In this document: piece after piece, positions 21,087-32,567 of the stretch
Layout of the letters: the number at the start of each line of letters is the position of its first letter
Numbering within the stretch: the first letter of the stretch is position 1
Virus record (IMG/VR): IMGVR_UViG_2831345111_000005
Direction: 5' to 3' (one strand)
DNA from: an uncultured virus (IMG/VR IMGVR_UViG_2831345111_000005)
Taxonomy: Duplodnaviria > Heunggongvirae > Uroviricota > Caudoviricetes
Length of the DNA stretch: 64,000 bases
Made by a program: the position numbers and the translations under genes
The notes under the pieces: model-generated
What the model was told of the DNA's origin: nothing
Seen by the model: only the letters and a program-made list of their open reading frames with translations
Databases searched by the model: none

Positions 21087-21821
21087 TTATCGCTTCAACC
21101 AGCTGAGCAGTTCATCGGTGATGAGGAGTTCATTGAGTTCCTCGTCTGACTTCTCAACAAACCCATGCAAGTCTTCAATGCGCACAAATCCGGTGTTGTC
21201 GAAGACATCCCCGATGGAGCGGAGGAATTCGAATTTAACCTTTTGGTTGGAGATGCCCAGGAAGAGGAAATACACTTCATCCTTGCGGGCTTGCGACTCT
21301 TCCAGAACCATCCGTGTGCGGTCTGGGTCGTAGTTGTCGCCGTCGGTCGCAACAATAATGAGTGAGCGTCGCTTTTCAACCGTTTCAACAGGTTTTGCGC
21401 CAAAGAGTCGTTTAATGAATCCAGGCTGCTCAGGCTGGCGCCAACCGAAGTGCGTCAGCATCTTTTCCAAGAGATAGGAGTAATCGGTGCCACCGTTCCA
21501 GCCAATCACCTTGTTAACCACCTTGCGGGGGATGAACCCCTGGTAATTGGAGGCGTCTACGGGACCGACGTCGCATACATGTGCCGGACCATCGCTGAAA
21601 GTGAAGCAGTCGAGTTTTTTATCGGGGTCAAAGGCCAGCCCCCATGGCACCAGGCGCGTCAGCAGCACATCCGTAATTCCCGAACGATGCTCGTCCTCGA
21701 AGGACTTTGATACGTCCAGGCCAAACCCGACCTCCAGGATTGGTGGCTGGGTAATACCCGCCTTCTCGAGGCTCAGTACCAGCGCTTGTGCGGATTTTTC
21801 CAGATTTACGACGAGAGCCAT
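21087..21821 (-). CDS. Ter-associated von Willebrand A domain protein
   Basis: LDVSKSF (DxSxS MIDAS), GGTDY, TDG, F.FL..D..DN..F. Confidence 0.8.
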   Translation of the reverse strand: MALVVNLEKSAQALVLSLEKAGITQPPILEVGFGLDVSKSFEDEHRSGITDVLLTRLVPWGLAFDPDKKLDCFTFSDGPAHVCDVGPVDASNYQGFIPRKVVNKVIGWNGGTDYSYLLEKMLTHFGWRQPEQPGFIKRLFGAKPVETVEKRRSLIIVATDGDNYDPDRTRMVLEESQARKDEVYFLFLGISNQKVKFEFLRSIGDVFDNTGFVRIEDLHGFVEKSDEELNELLITDELLSWLKR

Positions 21822-22750
21822 GCGTGTTTCCTTTCAAAAAGTTGTACCAGGTCGTCGAGCTTGTCGACGGCCAGATAGCGTTGTGTTTCGCTTGCCTTAT
21901 CAGGAAGGTTTGCGAGTTGTGTGTAAACCGCAGGAAGCTTTAGCAGGGCGCCGTCCTGCACCAGCCCAATCAACTCCTGAACCCGATGTACGTCATTACC
22001 AATACTGAGAATGTGCTCCTGGAGCATCGCTTGTGACGATGTAAGCGCCAATTGACGCTGGTGGACCAGAGCGACCTTATCTGCTGGCAAGAGACCAACC
22101 AGGTACTCGGCGGCCAAGACGAGGGCGTTGAGTTGGAGGAACACCTCCTGGCTACGAGCTTCAATGTCAGTCAGTTGGGTGACAACCTCAAAGAGCTGAT
22201 TACTGGCCTTATCCAGCAGGCCGGCCAATTGCCGAATTTCCCCTTCATGCTTTTCCCATCCATGCTTTCCTGGGCGACGTATCAGGCCACCCTTTAGGGC
22301 GTCCAGAACCTCCATCAACAGGTTCTTAAGCTGTAGGAAATGTTGCGGGGTGGCTCTCAAGGCATCCTGGTTCAGAACGCTTAAGCGCTGCTCAAGGAGG
22401 CTGGTAACGTGCTCCTGTGACTCCACCCCGTAGTTGAGCCATGCTGGCGTATTCCACGCTTGAGGCGAGACCCCTTGCAAGATTGCACGTATGCGCACTA
22501 ACGCATCCGGGGAAGCCTCAGGTAGTGCCGTCGACAATTCTTCCAGTGTTGCCTCAATCGGCCTGCGCGGGGTGCCTGGAAGGGAGGAGGCGGACACCTC
22601 CACCTTGGGGCCTGGCGGCAGCGTCGAGGGGAGCACCGTGGGCTTAACCTCTGGAGCGGTTGGTGAAGTTTGCACATTCAGGCCGCCAAGATTTGTCGGG
22701 GCCGGGCGACCGGCGCCTGTGTTCCCGATAATGGTGGGCTTGACGGCCAT
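21806..22750 (-). CDS. helical protein, possibly a TelA-like partner in the Ter cluster
   Basis: Pro-rich N-term, NYG.ESQ and coiled coil; located within the Ter operon. Confidence 0.55.
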   Translation of the reverse strand: MAVKPTIIGNTGAGRPAPTNLGGLNVQTSPTAPEVKPTVLPSTLPPGPKVEVSASSLPGTPRRPIEATLEELSTALPEASPDALVRIRAILQGVSPQAWNTPAWLNYGVESQEHVTSLLEQRLSVLNQDALRATPQHFLQLKNLLMEVLDALKGGLIRRPGKHGWEKHEGEIRQLAGLLDKASNQLFEVVTQLTDIEARSQEVFLQLNALVLAAEYLVGLLPADKVALVHQRQLALTSSQAMLQEHILSIGNDVHRVQELIGLVQDGALLKLPAVYTQLANLPDKASETQRYLAVDKLDDLVQLFERKHAWLSS

Positions 22751-22755
22751 TTGGA

Positions 22756-23394
22756 TTAAGAGAAGTGAGCCAGAACCTGATTGAAGTCGCTGTTGAAGCC
22801 GACGCCAATACCGACAAAGGACGAGCCGGACGGTTCGACCATGATGGACCCCATCTGCACACCAACGAATTCGCCGAACTGGTCAGACAGGCTGACGTTC
22901 AGTAGCTCTTCGCCGGTCGAGTTTTCGACAATGACGCGAGCATTCTTCACGTTGCGGAAAGTGCGGCCGGCGTTTTGCGGGTGAATCATGGCGACCAGTG
23001 GAATTTCAATCGCACCTTGCTGCGGCGGCGTCAGGCGGTCCGGATTAATCAGAATCCATTCATCATCACCGTCGTTACTGTCGCCTTCGAGGGCATCCGG
23101 GCTGTGGGTGAGTGCGCCGCCATGAATCTCGAAGGTGCCATCCGCAGACTTTTCAAGCGTACCCACGGTCTGGCCGCGTATCGTTCGCTTCACGTTGTAG
23201 GTGGAGAGGATGTCGCCGAAGGAGGAAACCTTGGCGCCGTGACCGACGTTGATAGCGAGCAGGCCGTGCAGGTCGAGGTCAGTATCACCTTCCCACGACA
23301 GGCGAACCTTGAAGCGTTCACCCTTGTCCAGCGAGAGGCTCAGTTTGGGGGCGTCTTCGCCTTGTTTTAACAGATTGAGTTCAAGCATTGCCAT
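22756..23394 (-). CDS. TerD/TerA-family stress protein
   Basis: LSL.K, L.W...DLDL, HSPDALEG...DDEW; context. Confidence 0.65.
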   Translation of the reverse strand: MAMLELNLLKQGEDAPKLSLSLDKGERFKVRLSWEGDTDLDLHGLLAINVGHGAKVSSFGDILSTYNVKRTIRGQTVGTLEKSADGTFEIHGGALTHSPDALEGDSNDGDDEWILINPDRLTPPQQGAIEIPLVAMIHPQNAGRTFRNVKNARVIVENSTGEELLNVSLSDQFGEFVGVQMGSIMVEPSGSSFVGIGVGFNSDFNQVLAHFS

Positions 23395-23410
23395 TTGAGG
23401 CTCCTTGTTA

Positions 23411-24595
23411 TTACAGCGGGAATTCCGCCGATGGGTTCATGTTCCGGCCGAGCGACAGCATGTCTTCACGTGCTTTCGCCATAATTGCGCGCGCCTGGTT
23501 GAATTTTTCCTGGTTGATAGCGCGAGCACTTTCGGAGAGTTCGTACAGCGCCTTGGTATCGGCCACCACTGCCTCGAGCTGTTTCGCCTGCTCTTCGCGG
23601 TTCTTCCCGGGCGCATGCGCCGCAGTGCCGACAACGTCGTGCATCAATACGGAGCGGACTTTGTTCAGGTTGGCATCCAGGTCGGCACCTTGCTGGCCCA
23701 GGCGCTGGACGTCTTGCACCATGCGAGCACCGTGAATGGTCAGCAGCGTCATCTTGATGCTATTGAAGCGTGACGCCATGGTGGTGGCCAGCTCCTGCAG
23801 GGTCGAAACACCTGCATTCTGGAGTTGGCGAATCACCAACTGGTCTGCCGGCAATTTTGTCAGCGTGGCTTCAAGTGCCAAGGCACGGGATTCCAGTGCC
23901 TGCAGCTTGTCTTGTACTTCCGACCGCAACTGAACATCTTGGCCATCCAGGAGAGTCTGGGCTTGAACCCTCGCCTTTTCCAGAACGTTGTTGATGAACA
24001 GCGTCTCGATGGCAAACGCTTGGAAGCTATCGCGATAGCGGGCTTTCACCTGGTCCAGCTGGCGAAGTTCCTCGGCCACCTTGCCCATTTCGGTACGCAG
24101 TTTGGATTCCTGCTCACCAATCAGGTCGGAAAGTTTCTTGGACTTGCCGGAGGCAATACGGCGGGTTTCTTCATAAGCACGGTCCAGTGCCTTGTTCAGC
24201 GCCTTTTTACTGAACATACCGAGGATGCGTTCACCCAGCGTGGGTTTGGCATCCATGATTTGAGCTGCCAGTTCCGGCAGCTTTTCTTGCTCGACGGCGG
24301 TATTCAGCGCTGCAACCAGCTTGAAGATTTGCGGATTATCCTGCTTCTCGATACGCGCCAAAAAGCCATCCAGCGATTTGCTGAGTGCCATTTCTGGTTC
24401 GTGGCCGAGCGTCGCAATCTGCACCAGCGGCAGCGTATTGAAGTCGAACGCGGTAATGCGTTGGGTCAGTGCGGCGAGCTGCGACTGCTCCAGCTGAACC
24501 GGGAAGTTCTGCGGGAACACCAGCGTGCTGGGCATGGACTCCAGGGTTTGAGCGCTGATAACGCCGCTCGAAGAACCTAAGTTAGTTGGCATCAT
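23411..24595 (-). CDS. toxic anion resistance protein TelA/KlaB family
   Basis: ~390-aa coiled coil, QALESR..L...L, IRQLQN; Ter context. Confidence 0.7.
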   Translation of the reverse strand: MMPTNLGSSSGVISAQTLESMPSTLVFPQNFPVQLEQSQLAALTQRITAFDFNTLPLVQIATLGHEPEMALSKSLDGFLARIEKQDNPQIFKLVAALNTAVEQEKLPELAAQIMDAKPTLGERILGMFSKKALNKALDRAYEETRRIASGKSKKLSDLIGEQESKLRTEMGKVAEELRQLDQVKARYRDSFQAFAIETLFINNVLEKARVQAQTLLDGQDVQLRSEVQDKLQALESRALALEATLTKLPADQLVIRQLQNAGVSTLQELATTMASRFNSIKMTLLTIHGARMVQDVQRLGQQGADLDANLNKVRSVLMHDVVGTAAHAPGKNREEQAKQLEAVVADTKALYELSESARAINQEKFNQARAIMAKAREDMLSLGRNMNPSAEFPL

Positions 24596-24612
24596 AATGG
24601 ATTGCCTTTCGA

Positions 24613-25344
24613 TTAGGCTTCAGCCTTGGCCGGATGCGCTGCTTCAGCAGCGAGTTCACCACGCTTATTGATGTGGCGTGCTGCGGCAACCGTGAACACC
24701 ACAGCAACGAAGCCAGCGAGCTTGTAGGAGAGGTCCGTGTAACCGCCCATGGTCATATGCACACGGGTGATGTAATCAGTCAGAATCGGGTCGGTAATCA
24801 TCATTTCCGCACCCACCCAACCCAGCAAGCCTGCACCGAACCACACAATGACCGGGAAGCGGTCCATAAGCTTCATGATAGCTTGAGAGAACAGGACGAT
24901 AATGGGGATGGAGAACAGGATGCCGCCAACCGCATAGAGGTTGCTATGGGCACCAGCGCTTTGTGCGGAGCCTGCAACAGCTAAAACGTTGTCCGTGCTC
25001 ATGGCGAGGTCGGCGATAATGATAGTCTTCACAGCGGCCCACAAGCGGTCAGGCGCATCGACGTTTTCGTCATCATCACCTTCCTTGAGTAAACTGTAGC
25101 CGACATAAAGCAAGTAGGCGCCAGCGAAGAACTTCACATAGCTCATACCCATGAGAAAACTCGCAAAGACCAACAGAATTGCGCGCATCACGACGGCGCC
25201 GGCAGTACCGAACATCACGGCACGATTACGAACTTCAGGGGCCAGCGCAGCGCAGGCCAGAGCAATGAGAATGGCGTTGTCACCACCAAGGAGAATGTCG
25301 ATGCCGACGATTTTGAACAATGCGGCCCAATCAATACCAAACAT
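24613..25344 (-). CDS. TerC-family (YjbE-type) membrane protein
   Basis: IDILLGGDNAILIALA, TIIIADLAMSTDNVLAVAG. Confidence 0.9.
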   Translation of the reverse strand: MFGIDWAALFKIVGIDILLGGDNAILIALACAALAPEVRNRAVMFGTAGAVVMRAILLVFASFLMGMSYVKFFAGAYLLYVGYSLLKEGDDDENVDAPDRLWAAVKTIIIADLAMSTDNVLAVAGSAQSAGAHSNLYAVGGILFSIPIIVLFSQAIMKLMDRFPVIVWFGAGLLGWVGAEMMITDPILTDYITRVHMTMGGYTDLSYKLAGFVAVVFTVAAARHINKRGELAAEAAHPAKAEA

Positions 25345-25457
25345 AATAGTCCCTCTTCCTTCTTGTTAACGGGTATGAGTAATCATCATACTATATTAAG
25401 CGTGTTTTGTCAATTAACAATGAAGAAGCCCGAGCAATTGCCCGGGCAAAGAGTTAA

Positions 25458-25865
25458 CTATCTTCCTCCGTTATTAAACCATGAAGCCGCCTTTTCAAAA
25501 GACTCAAACGGGCCGGTGCCATTGGTAAATGAGTCATCGGCGGCATCGCCATAGACGAGGATGAATCGATTCCCTTGAATAGGAAGCTCGAGCACCCTAG
25601 CCTTCGAATAGTAATTAAGATGCCGCTCGATTTCGTTATCAATGTAGGGGTCCACCCAGCTGTCGCCTTTCGGGACCTTGGACCAAAGATGTGCGTTCCC
25701 ATCATCGAGTGCTTTCTTATATTCAATGAGCTTATTCGCTTCTAAGCTTTTGAGCTCACCTCGGCGGCCTTCCAGGCGGGTAACGTTTTCCTTAGTTTGG
25801 GCCTGAATCAGCCCCTCATCCAGATTGTGACGGATATTACCCGCACGTGTTGCTGCTTGTTCCAT
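25458..25865 (-). CDS. hypothetical protein
   Basis: AGGAG RBS, 135 aa. Confidence 0.6.
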   Translation of the reverse strand: MEQAATRAGNIRHNLDEGLIQAQTKENVTRLEGRRGELKSLEANKLIEYKKALDDGNAHLWSKVPKGDSWVDPYIDNEIERHLNYYSKARVLELPIQGNRFILVYGDAADDSFTNGTGPFESFEKAASWFNNGGR

Positions 25866-26015
25866 AAGAATGCTCCTAATGTCCTTTAAAAATGACTTCC
25901 TAGGAACGTATAGACCTGCTGGCGGCTGAGCATGTTATAACGTAGAATAGCATATACTGCTTGAGGCCTATAATTTGATGTGGCTTTATCTTTCTAACTA
26001 CCTAAAGGAATAATC

Positions 26016-26981
26016 ATGGCTGAAGCTCAGATGGAAAATTTTCATGAGATGTTGCGTCACATCATGAAGAATGGTGTTGACCAACTCAACAAACGTACCG
26101 GTGAAATTTGCCGGGCAGTCCCCGGTTACCAGTTGGTGTATGACCTTGCGGATGGATTCCCGGCAATCACGACAAAAAAACTGGCATTCAAGCAGTGCAA
26201 AGGTGAATTGCTCGGCTTTTTCCGGGGATATCAAAGCGCGGCAGACTTCCGCTCGATTGGTTGCACTGTTTGGGATGCGAATGCTAATGAAACTCCAGCC
26301 TGGCTTGCCAATCGGCACAGAAAAGGTCAAGAGGACTTTTTGGGTCGCATATATGGCGCGCAGTGGACTGATTGGCGTGACCGTCGCTTCGTCGACCAGG
26401 TTGAGCGTGACCATCTCCTAAACGAAGGATTCAAGCAGGTAATGTATGACCCTGTAGCCGGTCTTTATGGGATGGAACGTTCGATTAATCAATTGGAAAA
26501 CGCGCTTCGTACAATCCTAACCAATCCCAGCGACCGCCGGATTATCGTGTCTGGGTGGAATGTAGCAGAGTTGGATTTGATGGCGTTACCCCCGTGCCAC
26601 GTTTCGTACACCCTAGTTCCTTTCGAGGATACGAAGGAGCTCAATATTGTCCTCAGTCAGAGGTCATTTGATAGTGCACTTGCCTTCAATGTCCCTATGA
26701 CTGCGATATTCCTTGCGTTGATGGCGCGGCTTTCCGGGTACACGCCCAGACATGTTGTTTGTCAGTTTGCGAATACGCATGCCTACGAGTCGCATTTTGA
26801 GGGCATTAAGGAAATGCTTTCGCGTGAGCATTTCGCTTCACCTAAGCTGATTCTGTCCGACAACATTAAGACGGTGACCTTGGACGAAATTCCAGGAGCA
26901 TTCGCGCGAATCGAACCGGACGATATCCAGTTGGAAGGGTATGTGTCACATCCAGGCATTAAACTAAAAATGGCTGCATAA
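26016..26981 (+). CDS. thyA: thymidylate synthase
   Basis: GFP.ITTKK, GEL, LGRIYG.QW, RRIIVSGWN...L..MALPPCH, QRS.D, H.Y..H. Confidence 0.92.
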   Translation: MAEAQMENFHEMLRHIMKNGVDQLNKRTGEICRAVPGYQLVYDLADGFPAITTKKLAFKQCKGELLGFFRGYQSAADFRSIGCTVWDANANETPAWLANRHRKGQEDFLGRIYGAQWTDWRDRRFVDQVERDHLLNEGFKQVMYDPVAGLYGMERSINQLENALRTILTNPSDRRIIVSGWNVAELDLMALPPCHVSYTLVPFEDTKELNIVLSQRSFDSALAFNVPMTAIFLALMARLSGYTPRHVVCQFANTHAYESHFEGIKEMLSREHFASPKLILSDNIKTVTLDEIPGAFARIEPDDIQLEGYVSHPGIKLKMAA

Positions 26982-27075
26982 GCCGAAACTCCAGGCCGTC
27001 CTAGTGACGGCCTTTCTTCATGTTACAAAAACATGCATTCTATGGTATACTTTATCCATACCTATTGGATATTTT

Positions 27076-27816
27076 ATGCCAGAACGCATCGCCGAGCCAG
27101 GAGTGCAAGCTGCTGGCCGTCAATTTGTATTCGACCGCAGTATTCAGGAAGAAAAGTCCGGATTAACCCGGCTTTTCAGCCAACTCCCACCTTTTGCTTT
27201 GTCCCCATGGCACGACCTCCGCAACGACCGTGAATGGTGGGCTCGCGGCGTTGACTACATCCTCGAAGGAGGCGTTAAGGTCGATTTTAAGGTTGAAAAG
27301 CAGCGTGTGAGGAATTGCGCGGCTGAACTCATCAAGGCCGACCGGCCCTCTCTCCGCCCTGGTTGGCTACTATCCAGCGAATCGCATTGGATTATTCATT
27401 ACTTCGAACAGACAGGCGAAATCGTTTGCCTACCTACCCACGGTTATCGTGAGTTGGTTTTGAAGGGATGCCAATCAGGTGAACTTCGGGACGCCGTCTC
27501 CGCCGCAAATTATGGCCGCCGGGATTCTGAGTTACTTTATCTCACCTGGAATGCTTTGCTCCCAGTTAACAAGGCCCTTCGCTGCATTTCCGGCGCGTTT
27601 TGGAGCAAAATTGAAGGCCCTGTAACGCCCGGCATCCTCGACGAGGCTAGGGATGGTCTGGCGGTGCCCATTGAGTGGCTGTCGCTTTGGTTGCAGCAGG
27701 GGGCTATTGCACCGAAAGAGCACGACCCGCAATTGGCCGGCTTAGGGAGCCTGCTTGAAGTTCTTAAACCATACGATAGAGCCCGCCGGACTAACCAGCA
27801 ACACTATCGCAGCTGA
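27076..27816 (+). CDS. hypothetical protein, possible PD-(D/E)xK nuclease fold
   Basis: GVD....KVDFK.E...N..AE...PGWL. Confidence 0.4.
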   Translation: MPERIAEPGVQAAGRQFVFDRSIQEEKSGLTRLFSQLPPFALSPWHDLRNDREWWARGVDYILEGGVKVDFKVEKQRVRNCAAELIKADRPSLRPGWLLSSESHWIIHYFEQTGEIVCLPTHGYRELVLKGCQSGELRDAVSAANYGRRDSELLYLTWNALLPVNKALRCISGAFWSKIEGPVTPGILDEARDGLAVPIEWLSLWLQQGAIAPKEHDPQLAGLGSLLEVLKPYDRARRTNQQHYRS

Positions 27817-27870
27817 GCGTCAAAGTAAAAAGGCTCCACTCAGGGAGCCTTTTTATTTCAGCCGGGAGGG

Positions 27871-30336
27871 TTAGATGTCTTCCTCCTCACCATCTTCCAG
27901 TTGCACGTTCTCGTCAAACTCGAACAGCGTAGGTTGAGGTATTGGCGAAGCCTGGGCCGAACTCTCCGCGACTGGCAGTTCCCCCGAGACCACTTCGGCC
28001 GTGAATCCCGTAGCCAAAGCCTTCTCTGGGAGGAAAGCACCGGCGCGAGCGCGGTGGCCAATGTAGACCTCCAAGCCATCTGCCTCGATGACGAATTCCG
28101 TGAGTTTCTTGCGGCCGGCCGGCTGGGTAGAGACCTTCAGTTCCTCGATGCGGCCCTCGAAGGCGCCTGAGGCAATTAAGGTATCCTTGCCCTTCAAGGC
28201 CATCAACTGTACCCCACGGCCCTTGGCCATTTGCTTCATTTCGGTCAGCGGACAAATCAGCATCTTCCCGGCGCTAGAAGCAAATACGGCTTCACCAATC
28301 TCGGTCACGGCAGAGAGTTTCACTGGAGGCAGAATGACTTCACCTGCCTCCAGGGTCATGACGGCCTTACCCGCCTTTTGGCGCGTGACCAGGTCTTCAC
28401 CTGTGCAAATGAAGCCGTAGCCGCCGGTGCCTGAGAGCAGGTATTGGGCCTTGGCATCCAGCACAAACACATGAGCAATCTTGTTGTTGCCGATATCGGC
28501 CAACGAGGTCAGCGGAACCCCATCGCCATTGCCTTTCGGGAAGGCCGAGGCTGCTACATTGTAGGCGCGACCAGTCGTGTCGAAGAACACCACCGTCTGG
28601 CTCGTGCGTGTGTCGATAATGGCCAATGGCGCGTCGCCTACTTTCCATGTCAGCGTAGAGGTATCGACCTTATGCCCGGCACGAGCGCGCAGCCAACCAT
28701 GCTTCGATACGACCAGGGTCACTGGGTCGTCCGCCACAGAAACGGATTTAGCATCGGAGAGGGTTACTTTAGCCGCGGCTTCGATGATGGTGCGACGGTC
28801 ATCGCCATATTTCTTGGCGTCTTCATCGATTTCCGTGGCCACCAGCGTACGCAGGGCTTCGTCATTAGACAGCAGATGCTTGAGTCCCTTTGCCTCTTCA
28901 CGCAGCTTCTTCAGCTCTTCGCCAATCTTGATGCCTTCCAGGCGGGCTAATTGACGCAGGCGGATTTCAAGAATGTCTTCAGCCTGAATTTCCGTCAGCT
29001 TGAACTCACGCATCAAGTCAGCTTTAGGGTCATCCGATTCGCGAATAACCCGGATAGCACGGTCGATATCCAGCAGGATGGCTTGGCGGCCTTCCAGGAT
29101 GTGAATACGCTTCTCTGCGGCCTCCAGGCGATGCTGGGTGCGACGAATGACTGTCTGCAGGCGGAAGGCACACCATTCGCTCAGCATGCTGAACAGGCTG
29201 GCTTGGCGCGGCGCCCCGCCGGTACCCAGCACGGTTAGATTGATAGCTGCATTGGTTTCGAGGCTGGTATGAGCCAGCAGCAAACGAATCAGGTCGTCCT
29301 TATCCATGCGGGAGGATGCCGGCTCAATCACCAGGCGAACCTTGAATTCCTTGCCCGACTCATCGCGTACGCCATCGGAAGCAATCGCCGACAGGAAGGC
29401 AGCTTTCAGGTTGGTCTGCTCAGGCGTGAATACCTTCTTGCCTGCTTTCTCCTTGGGTACCGGGTTAGAGCAGGCTTCGATTTCAGACATCACCTGCGCG
29501 GTCGACACCCCGGGCGGCAACTCATTCACGACGAGGCGCCATTGGCCGCGCGCCAGGTTCTCAATCGTCCAGCGAGCACGCACACGCAGGCTACCGCGAC
29601 CGGTACGATATGCGGACTCAATCTCGTCGCGGGTCGAAATGATTTGAGCGCCACCGGGATAGTCCGGCGCAGGGATAGCTGCGAGGATGTCTTCTTCGGT
29701 AGTGTCCGGGTTCCGGATGAGTGAAGAAGCCGCAGAAGCAACTTCGCGCAGGTTATGGGAGGGCATTTCAGTCGCCATACCCACCGCAATGCCAGAGGCC
29801 CCATTCAGTAGAACAAACGGCAATCGCGCCGGCAATAAGCAGGGCTCGTCGTTAACACCGTCATAATTGGGGCGCCAGTCTACGGTGCCTTCATCCAGCT
29901 CGGACAGCAGCAGTTCGGCAATCGGGGTGAGGCGAGCCTCGGTGTATCGCATTGCCGCCGCGCCGTCGCCATCTCTGGAACCGAAGTTGCCCTGGCCATC
30001 TACAATCGGGTACCGCAGGCTCCAGTCCTGAGCCATGCGTACCATGGCTTCATAAACCGACGAGTCGCCGTGTGGGTGGTACTTACCGATAACATCGCCA
30101 ACCACGCGAGCGGATTTAACGTGTTTCGGGCTACGGTAGAGGCCCATGCGGTGCATGGCGTAGAGGATGCGTCGCTGTACCGGCTTCTGGCCATCCGCGA
30201 CCGAGGGTAGGGCGCGGCCGGTCACTACGCTCATCGCGTATTCCAGATAACGCTGTGAGGCATACTGGGCCGGTTGTGGCAAAGTGACTGGCATATTGCC
30301 GTTATCGCCTTCGTTCAATGTGAGCTCTTCAGACAT
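27871..30336 (-). CDS. parC: DNA topoisomerase IV subunit A
   Basis: [44 protein letters not shown]; ParC-type CTD without a GyrA box. Confidence 0.92.
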   Translation of the reverse strand: MSEELTLNEGDNGNMPVTLPQPAQYASQRYLEYAMSVVTGRALPSVADGQKPVQRRILYAMHRMGLYRSPKHVKSARVVGDVIGKYHPHGDSSVYEAMVRMAQDWSLRYPIVDGQGNFGSRDGDGAAAMRYTEARLTPIAELLLSELDEGTVDWRPNYDGVNDEPCLLPARLPFVLLNGASGIAVGMATEMPSHNLREVASAASSLIRNPDTTEEDILAAIPAPDYPGGAQIISTRDEIESAYRTGRGSLRVRARWTIENLARGQWRLVVNELPPGVSTAQVMSEIEACSNPVPKEKAGKKVFTPEQTNLKAAFLSAIASDGVRDESGKEFKVRLVIEPASSRMDKDDLIRLLLAHTSLETNAAINLTVLGTGGAPRQASLFSMLSEWCAFRLQTVIRRTQHRLEAAEKRIHILEGRQAILLDIDRAIRVIRESDDPKADLMREFKLTEIQAEDILEIRLRQLARLEGIKIGEELKKLREEAKGLKHLLSNDEALRTLVATEIDEDAKKYGDDRRTIIEAAAKVTLSDAKSVSVADDPVTLVVSKHGWLRARAGHKVDTSTLTWKVGDAPLAIIDTRTSQTVVFFDTTGRAYNVAASAFPKGNGDGVPLTSLADIGNNKIAHVFVLDAKAQYLLSGTGGYGFICTGEDLVTRQKAGKAVMTLEAGEVILPPVKLSAVTEIGEAVFASSAGKMLICPLTEMKQMAKGRGVQLMALKGKDTLIASGAFEGRIEELKVSTQPAGRKKLTEFVIEADGLEVYIGHRARAGAFLPEKALATGFTAEVVSGELPVAESSAQASPIPQPTLFEFDENVQLEDGEEEDI

Positions 30337-30351
30337 GTCGTGTCCTTAGGG

Positions 30352-30582
30352 TTAATGTTTCACCGGCTTGGCCGGGGAAAGGTCGTTAACGATGTTGCCG
30401 TGGGCGTCCACGAAGGTCAGCTGCAAGCCGTTTCGTGCGCGCTCGGAAATGAGTTGGTAGAGCCGAACAGCCTGCGCCAGCGCTGCATTAGGAGAGAGCT
30501 CGTGCGCCTCAGCCTCAGCCAGCAGCACCGCCATATGATTGTCAGGCAGGTGCAATTCGACGGGCGGAAATGAGTTAGGCAT
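30352..30582 (-). CDS. small hypothetical protein between parE and parC
   Basis: ATG overlaps the parE stop; 76 aa. Confidence 0.5.
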   Translation of the reverse strand: MPNSFPPVELHLPDNHMAVLLAEAEAHELSPNAALAQAVRLYQLISERARNGLQLTFVDAHGNIVNDLSPAKPVKH

Positions 30583-32527
30583 CAGCTTCCACCGTGCCGC
30601 CATCGCGTTCCATCCATTCGCGGCGGCCAGCCGCCTGATTCTTACCCATGAGCAAGGTGAAGGTGTCGCGCATGATTTCAATTTCTTCACGTGTCGCCTG
30701 GAATGGCACCATACGACGAGTATCCGGGCACAAGGTCGTTTCCCAGAGCTGCTCGGGATTCATTTCACCCAAGCCCTTGAATCGTGAAACAGTAATGCGA
30801 TGGTCGGAGACGCCTTCATCGCGCAGCTTCTTCATTGCCTGCTCTTTTTCAGACTCGTCCAGGCAGTAGACCTTCTTGGTATGGCCGCGCGTCTCGGCGT
30901 CCACCCGGTACAGAGGAGGCTGAGCCACATAAATGTTGCCGTTTTCCACCAACTTGGGGAAATGCTTTAGGAACAGGGTGAACAGCAGCACCTGAATGTG
31001 GGACCCGTCAACGTCAGCGTCCGACATCACGATGATGCGGCCATAGCGCAGATGGGCCAACAGGCCTTCCTTGTCCATGTCGGCGATATCGTGCGGGTCA
31101 ACCCCAATTGCGACAGAAATGTCATGGACTTCGTTGTTCTTGAACAACTGGTCGCGTTCCACTTCCCAAGTATTCAGCACCTTGCCGCGAAGCGGTAGCA
31201 CAGCTTGTGTTTCCTTGTCGCGGCCTTGTTTTGCGGAGCCGCCGGCAGAGTCCCCTTCCACCAGGAACACCTCGTTACGGGTGATATCGTCGGACTCGCA
31301 ATCCGTAAGCTTGCCGGGTAGGGTGGCGATGCCGGAGGACTTTTTCTTCTCGACCTTTTGAGTGGCGCGCATGCGGTTTTGAGCAGCCTTCACCGCCAGC
31401 TCAGCAATTTTCTTACCGTACTCTGCGTTGCTGTTGAGCCACAGCTCGACCGGGTCGCGAACCATGGCCGTAATGAGCTTGTAGGCATCGCGAGAGGTGA
31501 GCTTTTCCTTGGTCTGCCCTTGAAACTGTGGGTCCAGCACCTTAGCCGACAGGAGGAAGGTCATCCGGTTGCAGACGTCATCCTGAGCAAGCTTTACCTT
31601 GGCCGGCAGCATGGCGTGATGTTCTGCAAAAGCCTTTACCGCTTCAAATACGCCAGACTTCAATCCAGCCTCGTGGGTACCGCCCTCCAGCGTGGGAATC
31701 AGGTTGACATAGGACTCAGTAGAACTGCTTCCTTCTTCCGTCCAGGTGAGTGCCCATGACGCGCCTTCCCCTACTGCAAAACCGTTTTCAGTTTCGACAT
31801 ACTTCTCGCCTACGAAGATGGGCACCAGCGAGTCTGCGGTAAGCATTTCTGCCAGGTATTCCGCCATGCCGGTGGTGTAGCACCATTCTTTCTTCTCCTG
31901 CCCGTCGACTTCCAGGGTGACAGTAACGCCCGGCATCAACACTGCCTTCGAGCGCAACAGGTGCTCCAGTAGCCGGAGGTTTACCTTGGGGGAGTCGAAG
32001 TACTTAGGATTTGGCTGAATACGCACTGTGGTGCCAGAGGTCCGGGGGCCGCAATCGCCGACCTGCTGCAGCGGCTCAACAACGAAGCCGTCCTCAAAGG
32101 CCATCTGATACACACCGCCCTCACGCTTAACCTCAACCTCCAGTCTGGAGGAAAGCGCGTTGGTGACCGAGACGCCGACGCCGTGCAAACCGCCGGAAAA
32201 TCGATAAGCGTTCCCGGAATCCTTCTTGTTGAACTTGCCTCCAGCATGCAACTTGGAGAACACCAGCTCAACGGCAGGCTTGCCTTCTTCTGGATGGACA
32301 TCAACCGGAATACCACGACCGTTGTCGGAGACTTCAATCAAGCCGGATGCTTTTACTGTCACCGAGATACGCTTGGCAAACTTGGCCAGGGCTTCGTCGG
32401 CCGCGTTATCGATGACTTCCTGAATAATATGTGTCGGGTCATCCGTTCGGGTATACATGCCCGGACGTTCCTTCACTGGCTCAAGGTCTTTTAGAACCCG
32501 GATAGATGATGCTGAATAATCAGTCAT
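30575..32527 (-). CDS. parE: DNA topoisomerase IV subunit B
   Basis: LEPV.ERPGMYT, EVIDNAADEAL, LHAGGKF, EGDSAGGSAKQ, PLRGK, DADVDG, RFKGLGEM. Confidence 0.93.
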   Translation of the reverse strand: MTDYSASSIRVLKDLEPVKERPGMYTRTDDPTHIIQEVIDNAADEALAKFAKRISVTVKASGLIEVSDNGRGIPVDVHPEEGKPAVELVFSKLHAGGKFNKKDSGNAYRFSGGLHGVGVSVTNALSSRLEVEVKREGGVYQMAFEDGFVVEPLQQVGDCGPRTSGTTVRIQPNPKYFDSPKVNLRLLEHLLRSKAVLMPGVTVTLEVDGQEKKEWCYTTGMAEYLAEMLTADSLVPIFVGEKYVETENGFAVGEGASWALTWTEEGSSSTESYVNLIPTLEGGTHEAGLKSGVFEAVKAFAEHHAMLPAKVKLAQDDVCNRMTFLLSAKVLDPQFQGQTKEKLTSRDAYKLITAMVRDPVELWLNSNAEYGKKIAELAVKAAQNRMRATQKVEKKKSSGIATLPGKLTDCESDDITRNEVFLVEGDSAGGSAKQGRDKETQAVLPLRGKVLNTWEVERDQLFKNNEVHDISVAIGVDPHDIADMDKEGLLAHLRYGRIIVMSDADVDGSHIQVLLFTLFLKHFPKLVENGNIYVAQPPLYRVDAETRGHTKKVYCLDESEKEQAMKKLRDEGVSDHRITVSRFKGLGEMNPEQLWETTLCPDTRRMVPFQATREEIEIMRDTFTLLMGKNQAAGRREWMERDGGTVEADA

Positions 32528-32567
32528 GCGTTGTCTCCATTTTTATAGCTACATTCAGCAAGTCGTG

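Noticed and set aside
26016..26981. DNA base-modifying (hydroxymethylase-type) ThyA variant
   Set aside because: The QRS.D...FN region is slightly shortened, but the dUMP-specifying Asn and PPCH are retained and no modification genes are adjacent.
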